Assembly (NCBI GenBank): GCA_965237905.1
Contig: OZ250172.1
Coordinates: 1,888,001 to 1,952,000 of the forward strand
Source: Nitrospinaceae bacterium
GTDB lineage: Bacteria; Nitrospinota; Nitrospinia; Nitrospinales; Nitrospinaceae
Reading direction: 5' to 3'
Length of the DNA stretch: 64,000 nt
This document shows positions 28,749-38,783 of the stretch, in pieces. The position numbers and the translations under genes are program-made. Below the pieces are notes generated by a model. It ran no database searches, was not told the origin of the DNA, and worked only from the letters and a program-made list of their open reading frames with translations. Position 1 is the first letter of the stretch; every line of letters starts with the position of its first letter.

Positions 28749-31700
28749 ATGATTCTCAAACAGCTTGAGCTTGCCGGTTTCAAATCCTTCGTCGATACCA
28801 CCCGCCTCGATTTCACCAACGGATTCACCGCCGTGGTGGGCCCCAACGGGTGCGGCAAAAGCAATATTTCTGACGCCATCCGCTGGATCATCGGCGAGCA
28901 GAGCTCCAAAGCCCTGCGCGGCACCCGCATCACCGATCTGATTTTCAACGGTTCCGCGGCCCGCAAGCCGGTCAACCGCACGGAAATTTCCCTGACCCTG
29001 AGCGATGTGCCGGAGGGTCTCAGGGTGGCCAGTGTTCCCAACCTGTCGGATGAGATCAAAGTCACCCGCTGTTACCACCGTTCCGGCGACAGCGAATTTT
29101 ACATCAATAAGATTCCCTGCAGACTGAAGGACATCACCGATCTGTTTCTCGACATCGGCATCAGCCCCAAGGTGCTGACGGTTATCGAGCAGGGCCATAT
29201 TCAGGACATGATCAGCTCCAAGCCGGAGGAGCGCCGCATCTGGATTGAAGAAGCGGCCGGCGTGTTGAAGTTCAAGGTCCGCAAAGCGGAAGCCCTGCGC
29301 AAGCTTGACGCCTCCGGCCAGAACCTGGACCGTATTTCCGACATCGTGCATGAGTTGGAGCGGCAGGTGGGATCCCTGAAGCGGCAGGCCGCCAAGGCGG
29401 AGCGCTATAAAGCATTCCAGGGGGAGATCAAGGAGTTGTCGCTCGGCCTGTTTTCGAAAAAAATCCGCGGCCTGAAAGTACAGTTCGATGAATTGGAAGC
29501 GGCTTACAAGGAGAAAGCGGAGCAGAAAACGCAATGGGCCGCCCGGTCGTCGACTCTGGAAAACGAAATCAGCCTGATGAAAATTGAAATCGACGAGTTG
29601 ACCACCACCCTCAATCAGAAGCGCGAAACCCTGCATCAGCTGACGGCGGAGATCAGCCATAGTGAGCACAATATCGAATTGAGGAATTCCCAGATCCAGC
29701 AGGCGCAGTCGGATAAGGAAGCCGCGGCGCGGGAAATTCAGCAGATGCAGGACGAAATCGGATCCCACAGCGAGGAGCGGGAAACGCATCGCAGTGAGTT
29801 GGAAGCCGCAGATGAAAAAATCCGTGAGCAGGAACTGGAATGTGAGGAAAAGACCCGGGAATGCGAACACAGCAGAGGGTTGATGCGGACTTTGGAAAAG
29901 GAGCTTCAGGACCGGGAAAGCCGGGTTCTCGATTTATTGCACCACCTGTCCGGGAAAAAGAATTCACTGACGGAGTTGGAAGCCCGGCGAAAATTCCTGA
30001 ATGATCAGGGAGAAAAGCTGGCCCGCGAGCGGGAGGAAACACGCGGGCAGATGGAGTCGGCTCAAGCCGCAGTCGGCGAAGCCCAATCCCAACACGATCA
30101 AAAAAATCAGGATCTGGAGACCCGCAAGCAGGAGCACCTCAGGCTTCAGGAACGGTTGGGCGAGTGTAAGGAGCAACTCAAGGACGGAGAAGAGAAGGCT
30201 CATGCCGCCAAGGAGGTTTACCTGTCCAAGGCCTCGCTGTTGGGCTCCCTCAAGGAATTGCGCAATCAATATGAAGGTTTTGGGCAGGGCGTCCGCTCCC
30301 TGATGAGCCAGAATTCCCGGCCCGATGGTTTGCGCGAAGTGGTGGTGGACGTCATTCAAACTCCCGCCGAATATGAAAAAGCGGTGGAAGCGGTGCTGGG
30401 TGAAAAACTGCAGAGCATGATCGTCAATTCCTACTCGGATACTTTGGGTGTCATTCGTTACATGAACGAACATCACTCCGGGCGCGGCTCGTTCATTCCG
30501 CTGAATCCGAAATCCATTCCCCTCAAGCCGGTGTATCTGAATGGAGACACGGGCGTGGTCGGCAAACTGGCCGATCTGGTGGAGACCCGTGAGGAGTACA
30601 AATCTGTTTTTGATCATCTGCTGAACAATGTGGTGCTGGTGCGCGATCTGGAAACCGCTCTCAAACTGCATGGGAACAGCGAATTTGAGGGAACGGTGGT
30701 GACCCTCGACGGCGAGGTGATTGATGCGCAGGGCCTTGTCACCGGCGGTCGGAACGGGGAAGACCCCGGTGGGTTGCTGTCGCAGACCCGCGAAATGGAA
30801 GAGTTGGGTGGGCAGGTGGCGGACCTCCAAAAAGATTTGGAGCAGCTTGAGGAAGCCAATCGTAACGCAGAGAATGAATTTTCGGCAGTGGAAGAGAGCC
30901 ATCGGGCCGCCGGGGTGTCGGTTCATCAGGTGGACATCGAACAAACGCAATGCCGGAACAATCTGGAGCAGGCCCAAAAAGAATTGGAACGGTTGGAGCA
31001 AAAACAGTCTCACCTCGAACATGAATTGTCCTCGGGAGCGCGCGAGCTGGAAGAGCTGACGCAGGGATTTGACTCTCTGACCCATGAGATCCGAACCGGC
31101 GAGGAAGAAAAAGAGCAGACCGAGGCGGTCGTCGAAGACCTGCGCGTCACGCTTCGGGACCAACGCCAGGAAATCGAAGTGATGGCCGGGTGGATCAATG
31201 AAGTGAATGTGAAAATCGCTTCCATGAAAGGCCGGCGCGACAATGTCCGGCTGGAAATCAAACGGCTGGACCTGCAGGAAGAAAACCTGAACCAGCGCAT
31301 CGCGCAACGCAGTGAAGACAGCCGGATTAATTCCGAGAAGATTGGCGAAAATCAAAAAGCGATTACGGAGATCGAACAAGGCATCCTCGACAAGGTGAGA
31401 GAGAAGGATCGTTTGTCCGAGGAAGTGGTTCGCGAGGAAGAGGGCCTGCGGGAGAAAGAAGAAACGCAGGAAGCCAAGAATCGCGAAAGCCGCGAACTGG
31501 TTCACCGGATTCAGGAGATGACCGAGGAGGTTTCCGCCGTGGAGTTGAAGCGCTCCGAGGTGAAAATCCAGATCAGCCATATCGAAGAAAAGGTGTTCGA
31601 AGATTTCAACGTCAGCTTGCAGGAAATGTTGAATCAATACGACGGCGAGGTCGACGAGGAAGCGGTGACCGGGGAATTGAATGAACTGAAAGAAAAAGTC

Positions 31701-32309
31701 GCCAAACTCGGAGAAGTGAATCTGGCGGCTTTGTCCGAATATCAGCAAGCCAGCGAGCGGTTTACCTTTTTACAAAAGCAGCAGGAAGATCTGGCGGACT
31801 CCATTCGCGCCCTGCACGAAACCATTGAGAAAATCGACCAGACCACCCGCAAATTATTCAAGGAAACCTTCGAGCAGGTGAACGAGCATTTCCAGGACAA
31901 CTTCAAGCGCCTGTTCCTGGGCGGTAAGGCGGAGTTGTCCCTGACCGACCCGGACAATATTCTGGAATCGGGGATCGATATCACTGCCAGCCCGCTGGGC
32001 AAGAGTATGCACAACATCACTCTACTTTCCGGCGGCGAAAAAACGATGACCGCCATCGCCCTCATGTTTGCCATCCTCAAAGTCCGGCCCAGCCCGTTCT
32101 GCCTGCTGGATGAAGTCGACGCACCACTGGACGAGGCCAACGTCGTCCGCTTTCAGGAAATGCTGAAAGAGATGTCCGACAAAACCCAGTTCATCCTCAT
32201 CACCCACAACCAGAAAACCATGTCCTTCGCCGACACCCTGTATGGCGTGACCATGGAAGAACGCGGCGTCTCCAAAGTCGTCTCCGTCCACTTGAACCAA
32301 GCGGCCTAA
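28749..32309 (+). CDS. smc: Chromosome segregation protein SMC
   Basis: GFKSF, GPNGCGKSN, hinge GRGSFIPL, LSGGEK, LDEVDAPLD, ITH. Confidence 0.98.
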   Translation: MILKQLELAGFKSFVDTTRLDFTNGFTAVVGPNGCGKSNISDAIRWIIGEQSSKALRGTRITDLIFNGSAARKPVNRTEISLTLSDVPEGLRVASVPNLSDEIKVTRCYHRSGDSEFYINKIPCRLKDITDLFLDIGISPKVLTVIEQGHIQDMISSKPEERRIWIEEAAGVLKFKVRKAEALRKLDASGQNLDRISDIVHELERQVGSLKRQAAKAERYKAFQGEIKELSLGLFSKKIRGLKVQFDELEAAYKEKAEQKTQWAARSSTLENEISLMKIEIDELTTTLNQKRETLHQLTAEISHSEHNIELRNSQIQQAQSDKEAAAREIQQMQDEIGSHSEERETHRSELEAADEKIREQELECEEKTRECEHSRGLMRTLEKELQDRESRVLDLLHHLSGKKNSLTELEARRKFLNDQGEKLAREREETRGQMESAQAAVGEAQSQHDQKNQDLETRKQEHLRLQERLGECKEQLKDGEEKAHAAKEVYLSKASLLGSLKELRNQYEGFGQGVRSLMSQNSRPDGLREVVVDVIQTPAEYEKAVEAVLGEKLQSMIVNSYSDTLGVIRYMNEHHSGRGSFIPLNPKSIPLKPVYLNGDTGVVGKLADLVETREEYKSVFDHLLNNVVLVRDLETALKLHGNSEFEGTVVTLDGEVIDAQGLVTGGRNGEDPGGLLSQTREMEELGGQVADLQKDLEQLEEANRNAENEFSAVEESHRAAGVSVHQVDIEQTQCRNNLEQAQKELERLEQKQSHLEHELSSGARELEELTQGFDSLTHEIRTGEEEKEQTEAVVEDLRVTLRDQRQEIEVMAGWINEVNVKIASMKGRRDNVRLEIKRLDLQEENLNQRIAQRSEDSRINSEKIGENQKAITEIEQGILDKVREKDRLSEEVVREEEGLREKEETQEAKNRESRELVHRIQEMTEEVSAVELKRSEVKIQISHIEEKVFEDFNVSLQEMLNQYDGEVDEEAVTGELNELKEKVAKLGEVNLAALSEYQQASERFTFLQKQQEDLADSIRALHETIEKIDQTTRKLFKETFEQVNEHFQDNFKRLFLGGKAELSLTDPDNILESGIDITASPLGKSMHNITLLSGGEKTMTAIALMFAILKVRPSPFCLLDEVDAPLDEANVVRFQEMLKEMSDKTQFILITHNQKTMSFADTLYGVTMEERGVSKVVSVHLNQAA

Positions 32310-32368
32310 CGCGGTAAGCTTATTTAGTTCCTCTCTCTATCTGTAGATCCATTGTAAATGGAGTGTTT

Positions 32369-33016
32369 ATGCGTAACGCAGTGATTCCTTTTCTGCTTTT
32401 TATTAGTCTTTTCCTGTCGTCCTGCGCGGTGACCTCACGGTTTCCCCTTTCGCAACTCGAAGAGCATGAGCCTGATCCCCGGCTTACAAGCATATGGTTA
32501 TTAAAAGCGGATAAAGAAGAACTATATTTTCATTTCTCGTCTGAGAAAGATGGGAAAAGAGGATTAGCCTTAGTTTCTTATGGTGTGGATGGGAGATTTG
32601 GTTTTTATATTTTCGATGTGATTACCACTCCCATTGGGAATCACCGATTTATGAATATCAGAATTTTGCAGATAGGCCATTATGATACTAAAGAAGATGT
32701 TCCTTCCTATGTCCTGGCAGAATATGAAATCAATGGTAACGATGAACTTTTTATACGTATGATGTCGCCTGAAGAAGTAGCGGATAAAATTAAGGATGGC
32801 ACTCTTCAAGGAACAATTAAAAGTCGAAAAAAGACCGAGGTTTATATTACAGATACTTCAGAAAATTTAATTAAATTTATTGAAAGCTCGGATATCGATC
32901 AATTATTCGGCTATCCGCCGATTGAGGAAAAACAATGGCGGGGGCCCTACCAGAAAATAATCCAACCCTTTGCTGATTCTCCGACTGAACAACTCCCCTC
33001 AAAAGAACCTAATTAG
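32369..33016 (+). CDS. Hypothetical lipoprotein (AT-rich)
   Basis: Lipobox LSSC, followed by DPRLTSIW. Confidence 0.7.
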   Translation: MRNAVIPFLLFISLFLSSCAVTSRFPLSQLEEHEPDPRLTSIWLLKADKEELYFHFSSEKDGKRGLALVSYGVDGRFGFYIFDVITTPIGNHRFMNIRILQIGHYDTKEDVPSYVLAEYEINGNDELFIRMMSPEEVADKIKDGTLQGTIKSRKKTEVYITDTSENLIKFIESSDIDQLFGYPPIEEKQWRGPYQKIIQPFADSPTEQLPSKEPN

Positions 33017-33096
33017 TTCCTTTTCCGCGGTTCCCTCCCTCTCAGACAATGCTATAATGCGCCTCATCCCAATCAGCCCGAGGCTCTGGTACTGCT

Positions 33097-34449
33097 ATGG
33101 CAGAAGCGAAGGATATCAACGACAGTCTGGAGTTTCTCCGGTATTTTGAGAAATACACGGAGTCGGAAGACCTGTTGAGCGTGATTCAGCACAAGATGGA
33201 GCAAAACTCCGAAATGCTGGACCTGATCCGTCATGAATTGTCCGAGGACGATTGCAAGCTGTTGGCCGACCTGGCCCCGCTCGCACGCTTGAAGGTGCTC
33301 AATTTAAGGGAAACCAGCCTCACCACCAGCGGCCTGCAACATTTATGCATGTCGCCTCATCTGACCGGCCTCGACGAGTTCATCATCGACAACAACAACG
33401 TGGATGACGACGGGTTGTTCTTCATCTCCAAAGTCAAAACGTTCAGCCAACTCAAAAAACTGAGTGTCGTCAGCAACGAGATCGGTCCGGTGGGACTGAA
33501 AGCGCTGGCGCTCAGCCAGACGTTAACCGGGCTCGAACACCTGGACGTGTCTTATAACCGGGTGGAGGCGATCGGGATCAAGGCGCTGGCTGGCTCCGAT
33601 TTTGGATCGCGTTTAAAAGGGTTGAATTTGACCGACACTGGAATCGGCGACGAGGGCCTCCAGAAAATCGCCGAGGGAACGCCGATGCCACAATTGGAAT
33701 CCCTCAACCTTTCGGACAATCACCTGACGGACCAGGGGCTTGAAGCTTTGGCGCGCTCCGAGGTCTTCCCCAATTTAAAGAACCTCAATCTCGATAGTAA
33801 TCATGTGGGAGACGACGGGGTCTATGCCCTGGCCGAATCCAACCTGAGTGTTCAGCTGGAAGTGCTGAATTTGAAGTGCAACGGATTGACGACGGACAGC
33901 GCACTATCCATTGCGCAATCGAAAACACTTACCCGGCTTATCTCGCTGGATCTCAACAATAACGATCTCCGAGCCGAAGGCACGGCCGCGCTGGCGCAAT
34001 CGGAAAATAGCCAGCACCTGGAGCGGCTTGATCTCGGTGAAAACCAATTGAATGCAGAGGGTGCCGAGGCCATCGCCCAAAGCCCATACCTGACCCGGCT
34101 CAAATATCTCCGTTTAAACGACAACAACATTGCTGACCAAGGGGTGAAGGCTCTCGCTTACAGCAAGACTCTGACGCAGATGGAAGAGTTGCATCTGGAG
34201 CAGGACAATTGGATTCACGCGCAGGGAGCGAAGGCCATAGCGGAATCCACCGCCTTATCCAGCCTGCAGACTCTGGTTCTGGGCTTGAATCAGATTGGAG
34301 ATGAGGGGGCGCATTATTTGGCGGATTCGAAGGTTCTGACTAAGTTGGCCTTTCTCAATGTAATTGGAAACAAGCTGACGGCCGCAGGGGAAGATGCGCT
34401 TCGATATTCCCCCAATTTCCCTAAATTAAAAACGCTGGAGTTAGTGTAA
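33097..34449 (+). CDS. Leucine-rich-repeat protein (RNI/GALA-like, 28-aa repeats)
   Basis: Repeated LxxLxLxxNxIGxxGxxALAxS. Confidence 0.92.
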   Translation: MAEAKDINDSLEFLRYFEKYTESEDLLSVIQHKMEQNSEMLDLIRHELSEDDCKLLADLAPLARLKVLNLRETSLTTSGLQHLCMSPHLTGLDEFIIDNNNVDDDGLFFISKVKTFSQLKKLSVVSNEIGPVGLKALALSQTLTGLEHLDVSYNRVEAIGIKALAGSDFGSRLKGLNLTDTGIGDEGLQKIAEGTPMPQLESLNLSDNHLTDQGLEALARSEVFPNLKNLNLDSNHVGDDGVYALAESNLSVQLEVLNLKCNGLTTDSALSIAQSKTLTRLISLDLNNNDLRAEGTAALAQSENSQHLERLDLGENQLNAEGAEAIAQSPYLTRLKYLRLNDNNIADQGVKALAYSKTLTQMEELHLEQDNWIHAQGAKAIAESTALSSLQTLVLGLNQIGDEGAHYLADSKVLTKLAFLNVIGNKLTAAGEDALRYSPNFPKLKTLELV

Positions 34450-34476
34450 TAAATACCCCACTAGGGGTATTTATTA
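34447..34476. terminator. Perfect 13-bp inverted repeat after the LRR gene
   Basis: TAATAAATACCCC-ACTA-GGGGTATTTATTA. Confidence 0.55.
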
Positions 34477-34673
34477 TTGGGTGCGTTATTCTATATACTC
34501 CAATTCTGTTACACCTGATTCGAGTGATGACCATCTAAGAGCAAGGTGCATCATGGAGGGTCAGGACACCAGCTCGCGGCATTATTTTTGGATATTCAGA
34601 ATTTAAGCCAGCCTGAATGGATCAATAGTATTTCTAATTCTTGTTTGCAATTTTCGAGTGAACCACTTTCCTT

Positions 34674-35864
34674 ATGATAGATAAAACTGTTCAGCACGTC
34701 GAAAATATCCAGCCCCTGCGGGAATCCATTATTGGGTTCATGAAAAACCATGGGGAGGATGAAGAAAAATTTTTGCAGGAACTGGAGCACATTGCACAGT
34801 CGGAAGGAGATTTAATGTTCCCGGTGTTGCTGAATGTTTTTACTCAGCTGGACTTCAGCCAGGACGAGGCCAAGGAAATCTGGGGAGGCATATTGAAGCA
34901 CCGCAAGGAAATGAGCGATTCTTTCAAGCGGCAGGTCAATTTGCTGACCGCGATTTGCGATTATTTTTTGACCGTTAAAAAATCCTTTAATTACCCCAAG
35001 GTGGTCGAGCTCAAGGTCTTTGAGGAGGCCAACCATTTCTCCAAATGTGATTCGTTAACCGGCCTGTACAACCGGGGTTACTTCGAAGACGCCCTGAGCG
35101 GCGAAATTTCCCGGGCACGACGCTACGATACGGAATTTTCCATTCTGTTCCTGGATCTGGATGATTTCAAAAAAGTGAATGACACCATGGGACATCTCGC
35201 CGGAGATTTTGTACTCAAGAAAGTGGCGAATCTCATCATCAATGAGAAGCGGGAAGAGGACGTGGTCGTCCGTTACGGTGGCGAGGAATTGGTGGTTATT
35301 CTGCCCGAGACCCACAAAGTCAACACGATCATCAAGGCCGAGCGGATACGAAAGAAAATTCAGGATATGCCTCTCGTTTTCGACGGCAAGGAAATTAAGA
35401 TTTCAGTGAGTGGCGGGATCGCGACCTTTCCGCAGGATGCGGTAGAAGCCGATAAACTGATCCATTGCGCCGACCAGGCTTTATACCGCGCCAAAGCGGA
35501 AGGTAAAAACCGGATTTGTTTATTCTCCATCGACAAGCGCCAGTACGTACGTATTGATTTCGCCGGTGAAATCAAGGTTCAGCCTTTGGGAAAATGGGTC
35601 GGCCAGAGTCAGATCTTTGCCAAAGGCAGGGATCTCAGCCTTTCGGGCATCTTGTTTGAATCTGAAAATCCCATTGAAATGGGAACCAAGATTCAGTTGG
35701 AAGTCCCCATCCCCAGTAAGGACAACCCTATTATTCTGGTCGGAACCGTGGCGCGCGTGGAAGTTTTCGAGGATCACTACGATATCGGCGTTAGCTTTGT
35801 TCAATTGCAAGGGGCCGACCGCAGAGAGCTGAGCTCCTTTCTGAAGGTGATGCCTGTATCCTGA
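34674..35864 (+). CDS. Diguanylate cyclase with C-terminal PilZ
   Basis: DSLTGLYNR, DLDDFK.VND, I-site REED, GGEEL. PilZ motifs RQYVR..DLSLSG. Confidence 0.92.
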   Translation: MIDKTVQHVENIQPLRESIIGFMKNHGEDEEKFLQELEHIAQSEGDLMFPVLLNVFTQLDFSQDEAKEIWGGILKHRKEMSDSFKRQVNLLTAICDYFLTVKKSFNYPKVVELKVFEEANHFSKCDSLTGLYNRGYFEDALSGEISRARRYDTEFSILFLDLDDFKKVNDTMGHLAGDFVLKKVANLIINEKREEDVVVRYGGEELVVILPETHKVNTIIKAERIRKKIQDMPLVFDGKEIKISVSGGIATFPQDAVEADKLIHCADQALYRAKAEGKNRICLFSIDKRQYVRIDFAGEIKVQPLGKWVGQSQIFAKGRDLSLSGILFESENPIEMGTKIQLEVPIPSKDNPIILVGTVARVEVFEDHYDIGVSFVQLQGADRRELSSFLKVMPVS

Positions 35865-36069
35865 ATCCAGCCGGATTCTCAGGACTCTATTCCAATTTCA
35901 ATCCAATAGCCACTATACACTTGTACCGGTATCCGTCAAAAACTCCGTCGTCGGGTCCAAGTTTTTTGACTCTTTCACACCAGCCAACCCAGCTCGAACT
36001 TCAAACTAATCCCCTAACTGTAATAAAAAATTGATTTTAATGGGTTTATGAGTTCACCTCGATTTTGTT

Positions 36070-36085
36070 TGGCACTCATTTTGCT
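36070..36085 (+). promoter_or_regulatory. sigma54 (-24/-12) promoter
   Basis: TGGCAC-TCATT-TTGCT, about 50 nt before the ATG at 36137. Confidence 0.75.
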
Positions 36086-36136
36086 TTAAATAAAAGAGGA
36101 ACCCAATTTACAACCGCTGGAGGTCAACTCACGGTC

Positions 36137-37333
36137 ATGAATATATTGCAGGACCACTCAAGGGAAACTTTAAGGGCTTCCCTGATTCAACAACTCAGTG
36201 CTTATTCACAGAATGAGGATGAATTTTTGCGCCATGTGGATTACCTGGCAGGAACCCAGGGCGAAAAAATTTACCCCGTTCTGCTGAATATCTTCAGCCA
36301 GTTGGATTTTAAGGATGACGAAGCCCAATCCATTTGGCAGGACATGGTTCAGCATCGACAACAGATGATGGACTCCATGGGTCGGCCGGTCAACCTCACC
36401 ACGGCCATTTGCGATTATATGTTGACCGTTCGCCGAGAGTTGATCCATCCCAAAGTGGTGGAGTTGAATCTGTTTGAAGAAACCAGCCATTATTGCAAAT
36501 GCGACCGCCTGACCGGTCTTTATAACCGATCGTATTTTGAGGAGGCTCTCAAGAGCGAGGCGTCACGGTGCAAACGTTATCAAACGGAATTTTCACTCGC
36601 TTTTTTTGATCTCGATCACTTCAAAACAATCAACGATACTTTTGGCCACCAGGCCGGGGATATGGTTTTAAAATCCGTCGCCAAACTGATTCAATCAGAA
36701 AAACGAACCGAGGACATTGCGGCCCGTTTCGGCGGAGAGGAAATCATCCTGATTCTTCCCGGAACTCCAAAATACAATGCTTTGATTATTGCCGAGCGCA
36801 TCCGGCATAAAATCGAATATATGAATTTGAATTTTGAAGGGGAGAAGATGGAAGTTACAGTTACCGGTGGAATCGCCACATTTCCGCTGGATACCGATAT
36901 CGAAACGGAAATGGTGGAGTGTGCCGACCGGGCCCTGTATCGGGCCAAAAGCCAGGGTCGGAACCAGATCGTCCTGTTTTCGGAAGACAAACGCCACAAC
37001 TATCGAATGGGTTTGATCGGTCCCATCAAAGTTCAGGAACTTGGAATGAAAACCAGTCAATTGCCTTCGTTGGGCCGCATCAAAGATCTCAGTCTTTCGG
37101 GTGTGTTGTTTGAATCGCAGAAACCCCTGGATATGGGAAGCCGCATTCAAGTGGAGGTGCCTCTCTCCTCCCGTGATAAACCGTTGGTGATGGTGGGGCG
37201 GGTGACCCGTTTACAGCCGTCGGGTTCCTCTTATGATGTGGGCGCCACGTTTCTGCACTTTGGAGAGCAGGATCGGGTGGACATCAGTAAGCATTTTACC
37301 AGCCTGCTTCGCACTTCCTCTGCCACACATTAA
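36137..37333 (+). CDS. Diguanylate cyclase with C-terminal PilZ (paralog)
   Basis: DRLTGLYNR, I-site RTED, GGEEI. PilZ motifs RHNYR..DLSLSG. GGAGG RBS. Confidence 0.92.
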   Translation: MNILQDHSRETLRASLIQQLSAYSQNEDEFLRHVDYLAGTQGEKIYPVLLNIFSQLDFKDDEAQSIWQDMVQHRQQMMDSMGRPVNLTTAICDYMLTVRRELIHPKVVELNLFEETSHYCKCDRLTGLYNRSYFEEALKSEASRCKRYQTEFSLAFFDLDHFKTINDTFGHQAGDMVLKSVAKLIQSEKRTEDIAARFGGEEIILILPGTPKYNALIIAERIRHKIEYMNLNFEGEKMEVTVTGGIATFPLDTDIETEMVECADRALYRAKSQGRNQIVLFSEDKRHNYRMGLIGPIKVQELGMKTSQLPSLGRIKDLSLSGVLFESQKPLDMGSRIQVEVPLSSRDKPLVMVGRVTRLQPSGSSYDVGATFLHFGEQDRVDISKHFTSLLRTSSATH

Positions 37334-37550
37334 CACCCCTTCTATTTCCAAGTATTGTCATTAAGTAACTAATTGTGCGACCATAGGGTATGAGTACTAT
37401 CAAGAATCCCTATATCCGTCATGGTTTCCCACCCGCAGTCATCCGCCCTGCTGTATGGTTTGATCACCGTTTTACTTCAAGTTTTCGTGACATTGGAGAC
37501 TACCCGCCATCCGGGGTATTCAAGCCTCCTATGAATAGAGACTTGAAAGA

Positions 37551-38783
37551 ATGATAGACAAACAACGTCAATCAAGCACCTCGCCCCAAATGGATAAATA
37601 CCAGGGTGTTCTGCTCTGCCCGCAATGCAACCACGATTACCCTGACCTGGCAAATTACAAAATGGTCCCCGATCAAAATGACCCCCTGGCTCAAAACAAA
37701 GGGCCCAACCGGTTTGTAAAATTCCAATGCGTCAAATGCGGAACGATGCTCAAGAAAACCTTGCCGCTGTGGCTAACATATCTTTCAGGACTGGCAATTA
37801 TTCCTGGTTGCATAATTTTTGCTTATATACTTAGTTATTATGCTGGAAATGCGCCTCTTGGATTTGGAGTAAATCAATTTTATGCAGGGCAATATCTTGA
37901 TTCTTACGGAATGGTGATTTCGCTTGTGCTTCCTCCTCTTATTCTAGTATTACTGGCCATATTACTTGAGAGGCCCTACCAACGCCTGGAAAAGTATGAT
38001 CAAAAGTTTATAAGGACTCAAATCATGCATTCCGTTTTTGGTGTAGGGATTATAGCGATCTTTATCTCTGCATATTTTTTGGTTATTTCATTAAATTTGA
38101 TCAAAGATTTCGTCGCCTCCTCGTCAAAACCAGAATACCAAAAGAGAATTGAATATATCCTGAAATACACTCCGCTATGGAAGGGCCCCTTTTATGTCAT
38201 GCATGGTCAGGGTTATTTATTGAACGCTGATTTTGACGCGGCAATAAAAAACTTTGATCTGGGAATCGAAACCATACAGGATCATTCGTACCCTTATTTT
38301 TACCGTGGAATTGCACACCTGTATTCAAAAAATTACGATCAAGCCGAAGTCGATTTAAACACCGCAATCAAAATAAATACCGGGAAGTGGGAACCGGATG
38401 ATATGTATAAAAGGTTGTGGGTTTACCTGGCCAGGGAGAGAAAAAATGGGTCGGGGCAGGAATATCTTGAGACCCTCCAGAACGATTTAAAACCGGGCCA
38501 ATGGCCTGATTCACTTCTCCTGTTGTTTCTTGGAAAAACAGACCCGCAAGAACTTCAAAAAACTTTCGGAAAGAAAGATAAAATTAAAAAATGCAAAATA
38601 TTTTTCTATTCCGCAGTCTATTTAAAAATGAAAGGCCATGATAAAAAGGCTCGGATTGAATTCGAACGCGCCAAAGAAACTCATGCTTCAGGTTGCTTTG
38701 AACTGCATGCCGCCGGGTTTGAATTGGCTGATCTCACTAATAATAAAACCACTATGGATTCATCAAATAACGGAGGCCTATGA
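37551..38783 (+). CDS. Zn-ribbon + 3 TM + NlpI-like TPR protein
   Basis: CPQC..CVKC, hydrophobic helices, YFYRGIAH TPR, and an NlpI-like LWVYLA..WP tail. Confidence 0.8.
   Translation: MIDKQRQSSTSPQMDKYQGVLLCPQCNHDYPDLANYKMVPDQNDPLAQNKGPNRFVKFQCVKCGTMLKKTLPLWLTYLSGLAIIPGCIIFAYILSYYAGNAPLGFGVNQFYAGQYLDSYGMVISLVLPPLILVLLAILLERPYQRLEKYDQKFIRTQIMHSVFGVGIIAIFISAYFLVISLNLIKDFVASSSKPEYQKRIEYILKYTPLWKGPFYVMHGQGYLLNADFDAAIKNFDLGIETIQDHSYPYFYRGIAHLYSKNYDQAEVDLNTAIKINTGKWEPDDMYKRLWVYLARERKNGSGQEYLETLQNDLKPGQWPDSLLLLFLGKTDPQELQKTFGKKDKIKKCKIFFYSAVYLKMKGHDKKARIEFERAKETHASGCFELHAAGFELADLTNNKTTMDSSNNGGL

Noticed and set aside
28746..31748. 374-aa and 594-aa minus-strand ORFs
   Set aside because: Antisense shadows of smc.
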